Assembly (NCBI GenBank): GCA_964016885.1
Contig: OZ024751.1
Location: 13,144,001-13,208,000 of the forward strand
Direction of reading: 5' to 3'
Length of the DNA: 64,000 nucleotides
Source of the DNA: Eledone cirrhosa
Lineage: Eukaryota
Part shown: positions 1 to 13,359 of the stretch, in pieces
How the letters are laid out: every line of letters starts with the position of its first letter
Position numbering within the stretch: the first letter of the stretch is position 1
The notes under the pieces: model-generated
The model's input: the letters and a program-made list of their open reading frames with translations, nothing else
Database searches by the model: none
What the model was told of the DNA's origin: nothing
Program-made: the position numbers and the translations under genes

Positions 1-751
1 AGAGAGAGACAAAGATAGAGAGAGAGAGGTAGAGAGAGACAAAGATAGAGAGAGAGAGGTAGAGAGAGACAAAGATAGAGAGAGAGAGGTAGAGAGAGAC
101 AAAGATAGAGAGAGAGAGGTAGAGAGAGACAAAGATAGAGAGAGAGAGAGGTAGAGAGAGAGGTAGAGAAGTAGAGAGGTAGAGAGAGAGAGAGAGAGGT
201 AGAGAGAGAGAGAGAGGTAGAGAGAGAGAGAGAGATAGCGAGAGAGAGAGAGGTAGCGAGAGAGAGAGGTAGCGAGAGAGAGAGGTAGCGAGAGAGAGAG
301 GTAGCGAGAGAGAGAGGTAGCGAGAGAGAGAGGTAGCGAGAGAGAGAGGTAGCGAGAGAGAGAGGTAGCGAGAGAGAACGGTAGCGAGAGAGAAAGGTAG
401 CGAGAGAGAAAGGTAGCGAGAGAAAAAGGTAGCGAGAGAGAGAGAGAAAGATAGAGAGAGAGGTAGCGAGAGAGAAAGATAGAGAGAGAGGTAGCGAGAG
501 AGAAAGGTAGAGAGAGAGGTAGCGAGAGAGAAAGATAGAGAGAGACGTAGCGAGAGAGAGGTAGCAAGAGAGAGAGAGAGAGAGAGAGAAATCGAGAGAG
601 AGAGAGAGAAAGCGAGAGAGAGAGAGAAAGCGAGAGAAAGAGAGAATGCGAGAGAAAGAGAGAGAAAGCGGGGAGAAAGAGAGAGAAAGCGAGAGAGAGA
701 GAGAGAGAGAGAGAAAGCGGGAGAGAGAGAGAAAGCGAGAGAGAGAGAGAG
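1..751. repeat. (AG)n-based compound satellite
   Basis: 30-bp unit AGAGAGAGACAAAGATAGAGAGAGAGAGGT drifting into AGGTAGCG(AG)n units. Confidence 0.95.
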
Positions 752-859
752 CTGGAGCTCTGCCACCACTTCTACACAGTCCCAGTATTCTAGACTACAT
801 ACACATACTCGCTTGGTAAGTCTTTCCTTCCTCTTTTCCAGCCTTCTCTCTCCCCACTT

Positions 860-1045
860 ACTGTTTGCTGGTGAAAGAATAACGTCCAACACGTTCAGAC
901 ATTTTTCCTTTTCCAACAAGCGTGAAACTAATACGACTGTAGTATTTCTTTAGTCTTGAACTGCTTTTTCAAGCGTTAAACTAATATATTCCTTCCATAT
1001 ATTGTACCGTTTGTGTTTGTGTTGTTATTTCTGTTTGCCTTTTAC
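860..1045 (+). mobile_element. decayed PLE pLTR/3' tail with degenerate hammerhead
   Basis: CTGGTGAAAGAATAACGTCCAACACGTT resembles the intact HHR at 56266; ends in CCTTCCATAT..GTTATTTCTGTTTGCCTTTTACA tail shared with 56336-56384. Confidence 0.5.
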
Positions 1046-1059
1046 ATACACACACATAT

Positions 1060-1090
<31 letters not shown>

Positions 1091-1224
1091 CATATATTAT
1101 TCATTTATCTTTAGTTTATTATAGAAATGACTTCTATAAGACTATCTACATAGGTAGACAAAAACGCGTATATATGTGCACACGCATATGTACAGACACA
1201 CACACACATATGTAAATACACAGA

Positions 1225-1320
<96 letters not shown>

Positions 1321-2113
1321 TGTATATATATGCATATCTGTATTAATACACAGGCATACACAGTATACTCACAATGTGAACATAATGTAAATTTCTCGCT
1401 AACACAGAAGATCGGGACTGACGTCTTGAAATGTGAACAAAATTATGACCCTGAGCTAGGAGAAAGTTGACCTTACATCATCACATATTAATCTTACAGA
1501 TCATATGTTCCTTTTATACCTGATCAGAACGTCCGCTCAGCTCTGATCTTCGACCAACAAGAACTTTATCTCTGTTTTTAACTTGTCAAGCTGAGCAACT
1601 TTTAGTCTCTCAATGGTCTACGCCTGACCTCACATGTGTGTTTCTAGTGTGACCCGAACATAACCTTGTTGATATAGGAATATATATATATTTGTGTGTG
1701 TGTGGGTGTGTGTGTGTGTGTATCGATATACATATATAAATAAATATATACACACACACACATAATATATATATATATATATTATTGTATTTTAGTCTTC
1801 ACATTTATTACTATATATATAGCGAGAGAGAGACAGAGAGTGAGAGAGAGACACAGAGAGAGAGAGACAGAGACAGAGAGAGAGACAGAGAGAGAGAGAC
1901 AGAAATATATATATATATATACTTTCCACTTTCTAGAATGTAGCTTGGTGCAAATTTATTTTTGGTCTCCTTTGTAGCGTTAAGAGTAGAAAGAGTTCAT
2001 CTTTGTCAAATCGATGCTGCTTCATTCGTTTCTGCACTGTTTAGACATCTATCTAGCTGGCTTTCAATATCTCTCTCTCTCTCAAATAAATAAATAAATG
2101 ATATATATATATA

Positions 2114-2240
2114 TAGGAACGAGTAGGACCCCGACGGCTGAGCTCAAGCCGTTTCGACGGCTAATTCTGGACTCGTACTACCCTAAGTATTGAGTACTTT
2201 GGTTATGGTCCACGTGGTTCCTTACTACATTTCTTCCGTT
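2114..2240. mobile_element. head-to-head PLE-type mini element (family A): minus-strand HHR fragment joined to plus-strand tail
   Basis: revcomp 2114-2176 reads ACGAGTCC..GAAACGGC-loop-GCCGTC-GGGGTC; plus part TACTACCCTAAGTATTGAGTAC.. matches 17730 and 42625; (TA)n on both sides. Confidence 0.75.
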
Positions 2241-2330
2241 ATATATATATATGAGAGAGAGACTGTGGTTTTGTATGTATGTATATATAAATATGTGTGT
2301 GTGATTATGTGTTTATCCATCTATCTAGCT

Positions 2331-3230
2331 GTGAGTGAGTGAGTGAGTGAGTGAGTGAGTGAGTGAGTGAGTGAGTGAGTGAGTGAGTGAGTGAGTGAGT
2401 GAGTGAGTGAGTGAGTGAGTGAGTGAGTGAGTGAGTGAGGATATGTATATATATAATTGTTTCTACTTTAGGCACAAGGCCAGCAAATACCCAGTGCATT
2501 ACTGGTATTTTATTTTATCGACCCCGTAAGGATGAAAGGCAAAGTCAACCTCGGCGGGATTTGAACTCAGATCGTAAAGTATGTATGTATATAATATAGA
2601 TATATATATATGTATATATATGTTTGTGCATGCGTGCGTGTGTATGTGGACACGTACGTATATATAATTGTGTGTGTGTGCGTGCGAGTGCGGGCGAGTG
2701 AGTGAGTTTGTGAGAGTGTGTGAGTGTGTCAGAGTGAGAGAGAGTGAGAGTGAGAGAGAGTGAGTGAGAGTGAGAGAGAGTGAGTGAGTGTGTGAGTGTG
2801 TGAGAGAGTGAGTGAGAAAGTGTGAGAGAGTGAGTGAGAAAGTGTGAGAGAGTGAGTGAGAAAGTGTGAGTGTGAGTGAGTAAGTGTGAGTGTGAGTGAG
2901 TAAGTGTGAGTGTGAGTGAGTAAGTGTGAGTGTGAGTGAGAGTGAGTAAGTGTGAGTGTGAGTGAGAGTGAGTAAGTGTGAGTGAGAGTGAGTAAGTGTG
3001 AGTGTGAGTGAGTAAGTGTGAGAGTGAGTGAGTAAGTGTGAGTGTGAGTGAGTAAGTGTGAGAGTGAGTGAGTAAGTGTGAGTGAGTGAGAGTGAGTGAG
3101 TGTGAGTGAGTGAGTGAGTGAGTGTGTGAGTGAGTGTGAGTGTGAGTGAGTGTGAGTGAGTAAGTGTGAGTGAGTGAGTAAGTGTGAGTAAATGTGAGTG
3201 AGTGAATGTGAGTGAGTGAGTGTGTGAGTG
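2331..3230. repeat. (GAGT)n microsatellite and derived satellite, interrupted by a SINE fragment
   Basis: pure GAGT 2331-2438; GAGT/GTAA variants 2696-3230. Confidence 0.9.
2455..2579 (-). mobile_element. tRNA-derived SINE with Nin/Deu-type domain, fragment
   Basis: revcomp has B-box GAGTTCAAATCC and GCCTTTCATCCTTACGGGGTCGATAAAATAAAATACCAG. Confidence 0.85.
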
Positions 3231-3484
3231 TTGTATTTTCCATTCTATATATACGTCTATCTGATCGGCTCTTTACCAACTATTTCTACATCTATATATT
3301 TAGTTTGATATTTTAACACACACACACACAACCACACAACCACACGCACAACACCACAACCACCACACACAACCACACACAACCAAGCACCACCACACCA
3401 CACACCACCACACACACACTTTGAAATGCTAGGTATCCATTTTCAAAAACCAAATAGTTGATCCTCGTTATTAAAAGAACAAAC

Positions 3485-3800
3485 GCTGGCGTGGCAGTAT
3501 CACCGAGGTTAACTTTGCCTTTCATCCTAACGGGGTCAATAAAAATAAAGTACCAGTAATACACTGAGGTAATTGCTCGCCTTGTGCCAAAAGTAGAAAC
3601 AATTAAAAGAATGGTGGATTTGCAGTATGGGTAGAGCGTCAGACACCTGATTTGCAGCGTAGAGTTATGGCCCTTTACGTTCCGAGTTCAAATCCAGCCG
3701 TGGTTAACTTTGCCTTTCATCCTTATGGAGTCGATAAAATAAAATACCAGTAACGTACTGGAGTAATTGCTGGCCTTGTGTCAAAAGTAGAAACAATTAT
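3485..3800 (+). mobile_element. two tandem Nin-domain SINE copies
   Basis: GCCTTTCATCCT..GTCRATAAAATAAA.TACCAG..GCCTTGTG..AAAAGTAGAAAC twice. Confidence 0.85.
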
Positions 3801-3934
3801 CTAAAGAACAAACGAATGTTTTACCCACCCAATATTTATATAACCCTCGCACACAACAAAGGGGTAGACTTTCTAAATGTGTTACACTTTCATCAGATGT
3901 ACAATATTTACGTTTTTTTTTTTAGTAAGGGATC

Positions 3935-4353
3935 AGTATGTATGTATGTATGGTTCTGTCACTCCCGATAAAGTCGCAGGGGCACCGTATTGACATACGG
4001 CATTTCTTGGGCATTTTAAGCCTGGCGGAACCCATCTCCTCTCCCTGTGAATGTATGTATGTATGGTTCTGTCACTCCCGATAAAGTCGTAGGGGCACCG
4101 TATTGACATACGGCATTTCCTGGGCATTTTAAGCCTGGCGGAACCCATCTCCTCTCCCTGTGAATGTATGTATGTATGGTTCTGTCACTCCCGATAAAGT
4201 CGTAAGGGCTCCGTATTGACATACGGCATTTCTTGGGCATTTTAAGCCTGGCGGAACCCATCTCCTCTCCCTGTGAATGTATGTATGTATGGTTCTGTCA
4301 CTCCCGATAAAGTCGTAGGGGCACCGTATTGACATACGGTATTTCTTGGGCAT
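3935..4353 (-). repeat. 113-bp minisatellite, ~3.7 copies; unit resembles a retroposon 3' tail
   Basis: GGTTCTGTCACTCCCG recurs at 3952, 4065, 4178, 4291; minus-strand unit ends in (CATA)n and contains hairpin CCGTAT-GTCA-ATACGG. Confidence 0.9.
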
Positions 4354-6179
4354 TCCTCTCCAGGCCTGAGTACAGCAGATTTCTTCCAGAAAAATATAGA
4401 AAGTGAGAGAGAGGAAATGATAAAGAGATATAGAGGAAGAATCGATCCCAGTACTAGACTGTTACATTTTTTTTATCGACCTCGAAATAATCTAAGACAA
4501 AGTTGACCTCGGCGAGATTTGAACTCAGAGTTCTAACGACTCTGCCATTCTATCTGACGTTCTAACGACTCTGCCAATTCGCCGCCTACGAGGGATCAGT
4601 ATAGAGCTATATAAACAAGTTAGCTGGTGAATTAGCAGAGCTGACACATGTCTAGTATTGGGTTCGATCCTTCCTCTCTATCTCTCTTCCACTCTTTTTC
4701 ACTTTCTCTCCTCCTCTCACCGCCTCTCTATCTCCCCGCCTCTATCACTCCCTCTCACCGCCTCCCTCTCCCTACCTCCCTCTCACCTCCTCTCTATCAC
4801 TCCCTCTCTCCTCCTCTATCACCGCCTCTCTATCACTCCCTCTCACCACCTCTATCACTCTGACCTCTTGTCTATCACTGTCACCTCCTCTCGATCACCC
4901 TTTCTCTGTAAGAAATCAGCTGTATTCAGACGTGGAGGAGGAGGGGGGAAGGCCATGTCAGGAACGCCGTATGTCATTACCTCTCCGAATTCAACAAGAA
5001 CTACGGGACCACAGATACATCCATACATAACGCCATGCATGCTGACATTCACAAACACATAAATACATACATACAACTGCATATACACATAGATACAACA
5101 AATATGCACGTACACACATAACTCGAAGCATACAGATCCAAACATACAATAACATCCATAACTGCACACACACACAGATATGCACACATATTTACTTAAT
5201 TGATGTGCTCTACATTCCAATGAAAGAGTATTGTGACTATGTTAGAAACCGACTGTCTCTATTAGTAAACTGTATTAAATAATTGTTTCTACTTTAGGTA
5301 CACACATAATGAAACCAGCAGACCGTATGTACGTACATACGTATGTACAAGATGGCTGCAAACTATGTTAAGAGATTTGCAATCGCTTGCCATATTATAG
5401 AGTTTGATGCACTTTTAAGCTACGGCCAGCCACACGAACCTGTAACAGATCCTGAACAAGCAATGTCTGTGCTTTGAAAGCTTTTTTAAGTGGGGAAAAT
5501 CCTTGCACTCAACCAATCCCACTTTCTGAGCATCGAAAACACTACCTGAAAAGGAGAACTGGTCAATATCATCGGATGCTTCCGAAGCCGCAGGTTTTTT
5601 TTCAGAGTTTCCCCTCCTCTAGAAAGGTGGTGTGACAACTGGGGGCCTTTCACCAGGTGAAATACATACGTACATGTGTACATACATACATACGTACGTA
5701 CATACGGAACAGTAACAATATGTAAAACATTCCAAAAAATTTGCATCTAATAACTGCATATACACAAGCACACATACAACTCAAAACATACACATCTACA
5801 CATACAATAACATCCATATCTACACATGCATGCATACATAATCTACCTAGTTGATGTGTAAATTCCAATGAGAGAGTCTTGTGTCTATGTTAGAAACCGA
5901 CTCTATTGGTAAAAGTTTGTAAAATTATAAAACCAGAAGAACATACATACATACATACATACATACATACATACATACATACAGACAGACAGTCGTGTGC
6001 AAGCATTATTTGTAAACATTTAGAGAAGAATAATTGCTTTCTATACATTCTCCTCCGACGCGAATAATTCCATCTTAAATTAGTTTTGTTTATTATGCTT
6101 GTGAAATATATATATATATAAACTTGCATATATATTTCACAAGCATTCTGTCGATTGATTGGTTATTGATTAGGCGATA

Positions 6180-6285
6180 CCCGCTGATGAAGCCGCATAA
6201 GCCGATTGTGCATTGTTGCATAATATATGCAGACAGTGCAGTGTACCTTACTGCTGCATTAGTGCGGCAGAAACTCGAGTCCGGG
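6180..6285 (+). ncRNA. type I hammerhead ribozyme with very long stem II
   Basis: stem I CCCG/CGGG; core CTGATGA 6184-6190; stem II GCCGCA..TGCGGC; GAAAC-TCGA-GTC with GUC triplet 6279-6281. Confidence 0.85.
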
Positions 6286-6449
6286 AACCATTACAGGCAC
6301 CCGTTTTACGTGTGTTGTGTTCAGGCAAATAACTGTATACTCTGTAATGTATCTTACATTGCCCATGGAGTACGTTGAGATACAACCGGTACTGGCATTG
6401 ATAAATATGCTGGGTCCGTCAACACTTTATATATACATACATACATACA

Positions 6450-6526
6450 CAGGGTGTCCCCAAAATGTATACACATTATTATTAGAATGAGGTTGAAATT
6501 TGTATACATTTTTGGGGGCCATCCTG
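6450..6526. mobile_element. Tc1/mariner-type MITE
   Basis: TIRs CAGGGTGTCCCCAAAATGTATAC / GTATACATTTTTGGGGGCCATCCTG, TA at the right end. Confidence 0.75.
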
Positions 6527-6537
6527 TATATATGTAA

Positions 6538-6670
6538 ATAGATCCCGAGTAAAACCGGGGTAAACCATAGTAGATACGGTACTCAATACATTAGTAGAGT
6601 GGAAACAAAATTAAATATAGAAATGGCTTCTACAGGACTAGAAGTGTTTCATTGGTATGAAATCATAAGG
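6538..6670 (-). mobile_element. PLE-type tail (family B) with 5'-broken HHR
   Basis: revcomp ATGA-TTTCATACCAAT-GAAAC-ACTTCTA-GTC-CTGTAGAA then ACTC-TAC-TAAT-GTA-TT-GAGT hairpin; homologous to 28395-28515. Confidence 0.7.
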
Positions 6671-8991
6671 AATGCCGAGTGACATAGTAAGTCGGTGATA
6701 TTTATAGGTTTCATAGTGGGGGGGGGATAGTGGTGGTAGTGGTGGTAGTAGCGGTGGTAGTAGTGGTGGTGGTGGTAGTAGCGGTGGTGGTGGTGGTAGT
6801 GGGGTGCTCATGTTAGGGGCAAATATCAAATAGTGGATTAGAGAGGAGGGAAGGTAAGAGGTGGGTGAAGGGAAGGTAGGAGGTGGGATTACGAGAAGGG
6901 GAAGACAATTCTTTAACTAGGTGAGAGGAATCTTTATACATAAATATAGAGGTACATACACGTACGCATATACATACGTACGCATATACATATACATACA
7001 TACGCATATACATACATACGCATATACATACATACGCATATGCATACATATGCATACATATGCATACGCATACATATGCATACATATGCATACATATGCA
7101 TACGCATACATATGCATACATATGCATACGCATACATATGCATACATATGCATACGCATACATACGCATACATACGCATACGCATACATATGCATACAAA
7201 CGCATACATATGCACACACACATACATACATACATATACATATATACACATATACATACACATATATACACACATACATACACATATATACACACATACA
7301 TACACATATATACACACATACATACACATATATACACACATACATATATATATCTATACACATACATATATATATCTATACACATACATATATCTATATA
7401 TACATATATCTATATATACAGACATAAGCATACACACTATGGTGAAAAGTAAACCTCATTTGATCATTCCCTAAGAGTATCTTCATCAGGCTATGAGCTT
7501 TTCAGCCAACTCTCGCGCGCGCGCGTGCGTATGTATGTATGTATGTATGCATGTGCGTGTGTGCGCGCGCGTTATTTTTCTTATGTATACATTTTAAATA
7601 AAAAGTTACTTCTGTTTTCTTCCCTAAATATTTATCCTTAAATTTGATTATTTTGATAACTTTGTTTGCCTCTTTTGTGTTGTGTTGTATTTCTAGTATT
7701 TCATGTGATTATATGATAATAGCTACTACGTTATATAGTCTAACTCCTCTCAGATGTATGGTATTGTCTGTTGTTTCCTTGCTAAATTTATTAAACAATA
7801 TTAACATCTGTGTGTACACGTGCAAGCTAAGGAAACACACACACACATATATATATATATATCATAGCTGAATTAAATTCGTTGTAGAGTTATGTTGACG
7901 CCTCAATTTAAATACAATGATTTCAGCTGTAATATAGGAAATATCAGTTGAAAATCTAATGCTAATGTAATATATATAGCCACAGTATGGTATCTAAAAT
8001 ACTTGTTTAAGATTAAGAATAATAATTGAAATTTTATAATCTGTTCGTTTGTTTCTGTGTTGTTTTATTGTATCACAGACATCGTTCCAGCAGCTTCTTA
8101 TTTCAGGATCAAAGGGATTTTTTTTTTACCCTTCTATAGAACTGCCAACCTCTAAAAACCCCAAACAGGGAGTACCTTGAAAGAAAGTGCCCCAAAGCGG
8201 GGAGTACCATGAAAGAAAGTGCCCCCAAACGGGGAGAAATATGGCAAAATAGAGATTTTTCATAATAAAAGCTATACTCATTTTCAGAAGTGACGACATC
8301 TCTAACACACCGCAAATAATTGAAATTTCATAAATCAATTGTTTGTTTTTATTGTCTGTTCTATTATTTCACACATCGTTCCAGCAGCTTATTTTAAAAT
8401 CAAAGTCTTCTTTTACACTTATAGTTACAGGCTTAACATTTTCTCTAGCTAGAATTTTTTTCAGTGCGTGTGCGTGTGCGCGTGCGCGTGCGCGTGCGCG
8501 TGCGCGTGCGCGTGCGCGTGCGCGTGCGCGTGTGCGTGTGCGTGTGCGTGTGTGCATTTATATGTATGAGTATATAAATATATACGCGCAGACACACTGA
8601 CAAAAATACACTCACAGATATACGTTCACACAAGCAGACACACACATTCGCACAAACGGAGACACATTTACACAAATACACACATTCACGCAAACACACA
8701 CACACAGTGTAGAAAATAGAACACCAGTCGCTATTTTGCTATAGTTTTCTCACCATCAAATTCCTTCCTTTTACACACACATTCATACAAACATACACAT
8801 TGTGTGACGGACGGAAGTCGCTTAAATTTATATATAGATGGCGGGATTAGACATCAGCAGATCTTTAGCGGGGTGGTTAACTTACTCGCCTAGCATCCGA
8901 GAGATGTGTCCCTCTCCAGGGGTACTTTACGTAATTTTCTAAATTGCTATTTATAGTTTCCAACTAGTATTATTATTGTGGCAGTAATATA

Positions 8992-9558
8992 GGGCGGTGA
9001 ATTGACAGTATCAGTAGAGGATAGGACGCCATGCCTTACGTCCCTTTACGTTGAGTTCAAATCCCGCCAAGTTTAACTTTGCCTTTCATCCTTACGGGGT
9101 CGATAAAATAAAGTACCAGTAATACACTGGATTAATTGCTGGCCTTGTGCCAAAAGTAGAAACAATTATTAAGGGTGGTGGATTGGCAGTATCGGTAGAG
9201 GGTCGGACACCATGCTTTGACGCATAGAGTTACGGCCCTTGTCATTCTGAGTTCAAATTCCGCCGAGGTTAACTTTGCCTTTCATCCTTACGGGGTCGAT
9301 AAAATAAAGTACCAGTAATGTACTGGGATAATTACTGGCCTTGTGCCAAAAAGTAGAAACAATTACTATTGTGGCAGTATCGGTAGAGGGTCAGACGCCA
9401 TGCTTTATAGCATACAGTTACGGCCCTTTACGGTCTGAGTTCAAATAATGCCGAGGTTAGCTCTGCCTTTCATCCTTACGGAGTTGATAAAATAAAGTAC
9501 CAGTAATACACTGATTTAATTGCTGGCCATGTGCCAAAAGTAGAAAATTATTATTATT
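8992..9558 (+). mobile_element. three head-to-tail Nin-domain tRNA SINEs
   Basis: repeated A-box/B-box head, Nin domain and (ATT)n tail. Confidence 0.9.
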
Positions 9559-9574
9559 GTTGCTGCGTACAAGG

Positions 9575-11090
9575 TGTCACACTACTACAACTACACTACT
9601 ACAACACACACAACAACATTACAATAACAAAGACAATATCACTACCACACACACAACAACAATAGAATAACAAAGACAACTACACTACAACACGCACAAC
9701 AACATTACAATAACAAAGACAACATTACTACAACTACACTACTACAACACAAACAACAACAATACAATAACAAAGACAACATTACTACAACACAGACAAC
9801 AACATTACTACAACACAGACAACAACATTACTACAACACAGACAACAACATTACTACAACACAGACAACACCATTACTACAACACAGACAACAACATTAC
9901 TACAACACAGACAACATTACAATAACAAAGACAACATTACTACAACTACACTACAACACAGACAACAATACAATAACAAAGACAACTACACTACAACAAA
10001 GACAACATTACACTACAACACAGACAACATTACAATAACAAAGACAACTACACTACAACACAGACAACATTACAATAACAAAGACAACATTACTACAACT
10101 ACACTACAACACAGACAACAATACAATAACAAAGACAACTACACTACAACAAAGACAACATTACACTACAACAAAGACAACATTACACTACAACAAAGAC
10201 AACATTTCACTACAACAAAGACAACATTACAATAACAAAGACAACATTACAATAACAAAGACAACATTACAATAACAAAGACAACATTACAATAACAAAG
10301 ACAACATTACAATAACAAAGACAACAATACAATAACAAAGACAATACAATAACAAAGACAACATTACTACAACACAGACAACAACATTACAATAACAAAG
10401 ACATTACAACAACATTACTACAACAACAACACTGACAACAACAACACTACAACACACGCAACAGCAACATTACTACAACAACAACAACACAAACAACACC
10501 AACATTACTACAACACATTACAGCAACAAATACAACAACAAACTTCAACGACGACAATCACAACACCAAAATCTTCAACAATAACTACAACAATAAAAAC
10601 AACCTAACCTCATCTAAAATATCACAACAACAAAAACAATGACTACCACAATATCACAACAGCAGCATTATAACAACAAAATTACAAAAGACAACCACAC
10701 CATCACAACATACCAACAACAACAACACCACATCACATCAACAACAACCACACCATCACAACAACAACACCATCACAACAACAACAACAACACCATCACA
10801 ACAACAACACCATCACAACATAACCACACTATCACAACATACCAACAACAACATCACAACAACACCACATCAACAACACCACATCAACAACAACAACAAC
10901 AACAACAACCACACCATCACAACATACCAACAACCACACCATCACAACATACCAACAACAACACCATCACAACAACAACAACAACACCATCACAACATAA
11001 CCACACTATCACAACATACCAACAACAACATCACAACAACACCACATCAACAACAACAACAACAACAACAACCACACCATAACAATAACA
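9575..11090. repeat. (ACA)n-derived compound satellite
   Basis: ACAACATTACAATAACAAAG and CAACAC variants. Confidence 0.9.
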
Positions 11091-11494
11091 ACAATAATAG
11101 AAAATATATGAGAGGATGGGACAGATATTGAGAAATAGTGAAAAATAAGTAACATTTTCCCTTCCCACCCCAATAATAATAATAATAACAATAACAATAA
11201 TAATAATAATAACAATAACAATAATGAAATAAAGAAAGAATGTGTGGGAATTCTTGAGAACAACAACGTTTTCAATCGAATAGGTGACCTAACAGGAAGT
11301 GAGGTGTTTCGTTTGTATGCAGCTAACCGGAACCAGCTAGACAGGGGCCCTGATGCGTGTTAACGAGGTCTTGCTTGATGCCAGGATCGTCACTACCACC
11401 CCCGAAACACTATCTCCATTTCTCTCTTCCTATCTATCTATCTATCTATATATATATGGATATATATATATGTATATATGGATATATATATATG

Positions 11495-11525
<31 letters not shown>

Positions 11526-11645
11526 GTATATATATATATATGTATATGTATATATATATATATGTATATATATATGTATATATGTATATATATATGTATA
11601 TATGTATATATATATGTATATATATATATTTCAAAGGTACTGTGC

Positions 11646-11697
<52 letters not shown>

Positions 11698-12172
11698 CTT
11701 CCATACACAGTACCGATTGTTATTTCTATTTACCTTTTACATATATATATACGTATGTGTGTATGTATGTGGAGAGAGTACATGTGTGTGTGCGCGTGTG
11801 TACTCTCAACACACACACACACGCACATATGTGTGTATATATATATATATATATGTAAAAGGTAAACAGAAATAACACAATCAGTACTGTATATGGAAGG
11901 TATATATATATATATACATATATATATAAACACATGAGGCTAAGAATCTATAGGCTTACTCTGTAATATAGTTTAGCATATATCTATATACACACACACT
12001 CAATATATATATATATATATATACCTGAGGCTAAGAATCTATACTCGCTCAAAATATATATATATATATATATAAACAGTACTGGAAAAATTTGAAACAA
12101 TTTGATTTCCTCAACAATCATTTATGATGGTCGACTACTATTATGGTCATTTACGTTGGGATGCAGAAAATG

Positions 12173-12219
<47 letters not shown>

Positions 12220-12223
<4 letters not shown>

Positions 12224-12361
12224 GAAATTCCCTTATAATGAAATTCACAGGGTATGAAAAAAATTCGTCGTAACGAAAAATTCTTTATAACGATATCGAT
12301 CTAATACATCCAGCGTGTGGCCGGAGATTGAACAAAAATTACGTTATAACGGAATTTTACC

Positions 12362-12363
<2 letters not shown>
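12220..12363. mobile_element. pogo/Tigger-like MITE
   Basis: TIRs CAGTGAAATTCCCTTATAATGAA / TTACGTTATAACGGAATTTTACCTG. Confidence 0.7.
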
Positions 12364-12395
<32 letters not shown>

Positions 12396-12522
12396 AACAC
12401 ACGAGCAGTAATAACGGAGTCATTCTATTCACATGGCTTAAGAGACTGTTTGCATAATTGCAAACGAATCGAATATTATCAGTATTCGAAAAATTCAGAT
12501 TTACATCTCTTATATAAATTTG

Positions 12523-12753
12523 AGAGAGAGAAAGAGAAGGAGTAAGAGAAAGAGAGAAAGAGAAGGAGTAAGAGAAAGAGAGAAAGAAAGAGAAAGTGAA
12601 AGAGAGAAAGAGAGAAAGAGAGAAAGAGAAAAGGAGAGAAAGAGAAAAAAGAAAAAGAGAAAAAGAAAGAAAGAGAAAGAGAAAAAGAAAGAAAGAGAAA
12701 GAGAAAAAGAAAGAAAGAGAAAGAGAAAGAAAGAGAAAGAAAGAGAGAAAGAA

Positions 12754-12820
<67 letters not shown>

Positions 12821-12870
12821 AAGAGAAAGAGAGAGCGAAAGAGAGATCGAAAGAGAGAGAGAAAGAGAGA
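12523..12870. repeat. (GA/GAAA)n purine tract
   Basis: direct reading. Confidence 0.95.
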
Positions 12871-13131
12871 GTGTGGGTGTGTGCCTATATATTCTAATAT
12901 CCGTGAATGTGAAAAAGGAAAAATTAAAACGGTGCTCAATCAAGAATGAGAGCTGATATATTTATGTTCCGTGTACGAACAAAGAAATAACACACACACA
13001 TATATATATATATATATAAGTTGTAATATAATGAAACGAAATTTCATTTCTCACTCTTAGTACGGCACTTACTTAAATGTAAGTATGTATGTATACGTAC
13101 ATACATATATGTATACAGACGTACAGTAGCA

Positions 13132-13169
<38 letters not shown>

Positions 13170-13170
<1 letters not shown>

Positions 13171-13345
13171 CGTATGGCGTTGTTTGACTTAATAAGAGGT
13201 TTCCTTCGGTAGCGAGTTTGTCTGTTCTTGGGAGTTCCTATGCAAGTTAATCTTGGAGTAATAATAGTGAAAGAGTGAAGAATAACATGGTCACCAGGAC
13301 AAAAAGGGTTTTATTTACAGTATTAACAGTTTCATTGATTAACTT
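13170..13345 (-). mobile_element. PLE-type tail with possible HHR 3' half, head-to-head with the adjacent PLE
   Basis: revcomp ATCAATGAAACTGTTAATACTGTAAATAAAA; TACTCCAAGATT motif shared with the 54810 region; (TA)n at the outer end. Confidence 0.5.
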
Positions 13346-13359
13346 GTCTAAAAATTGAT

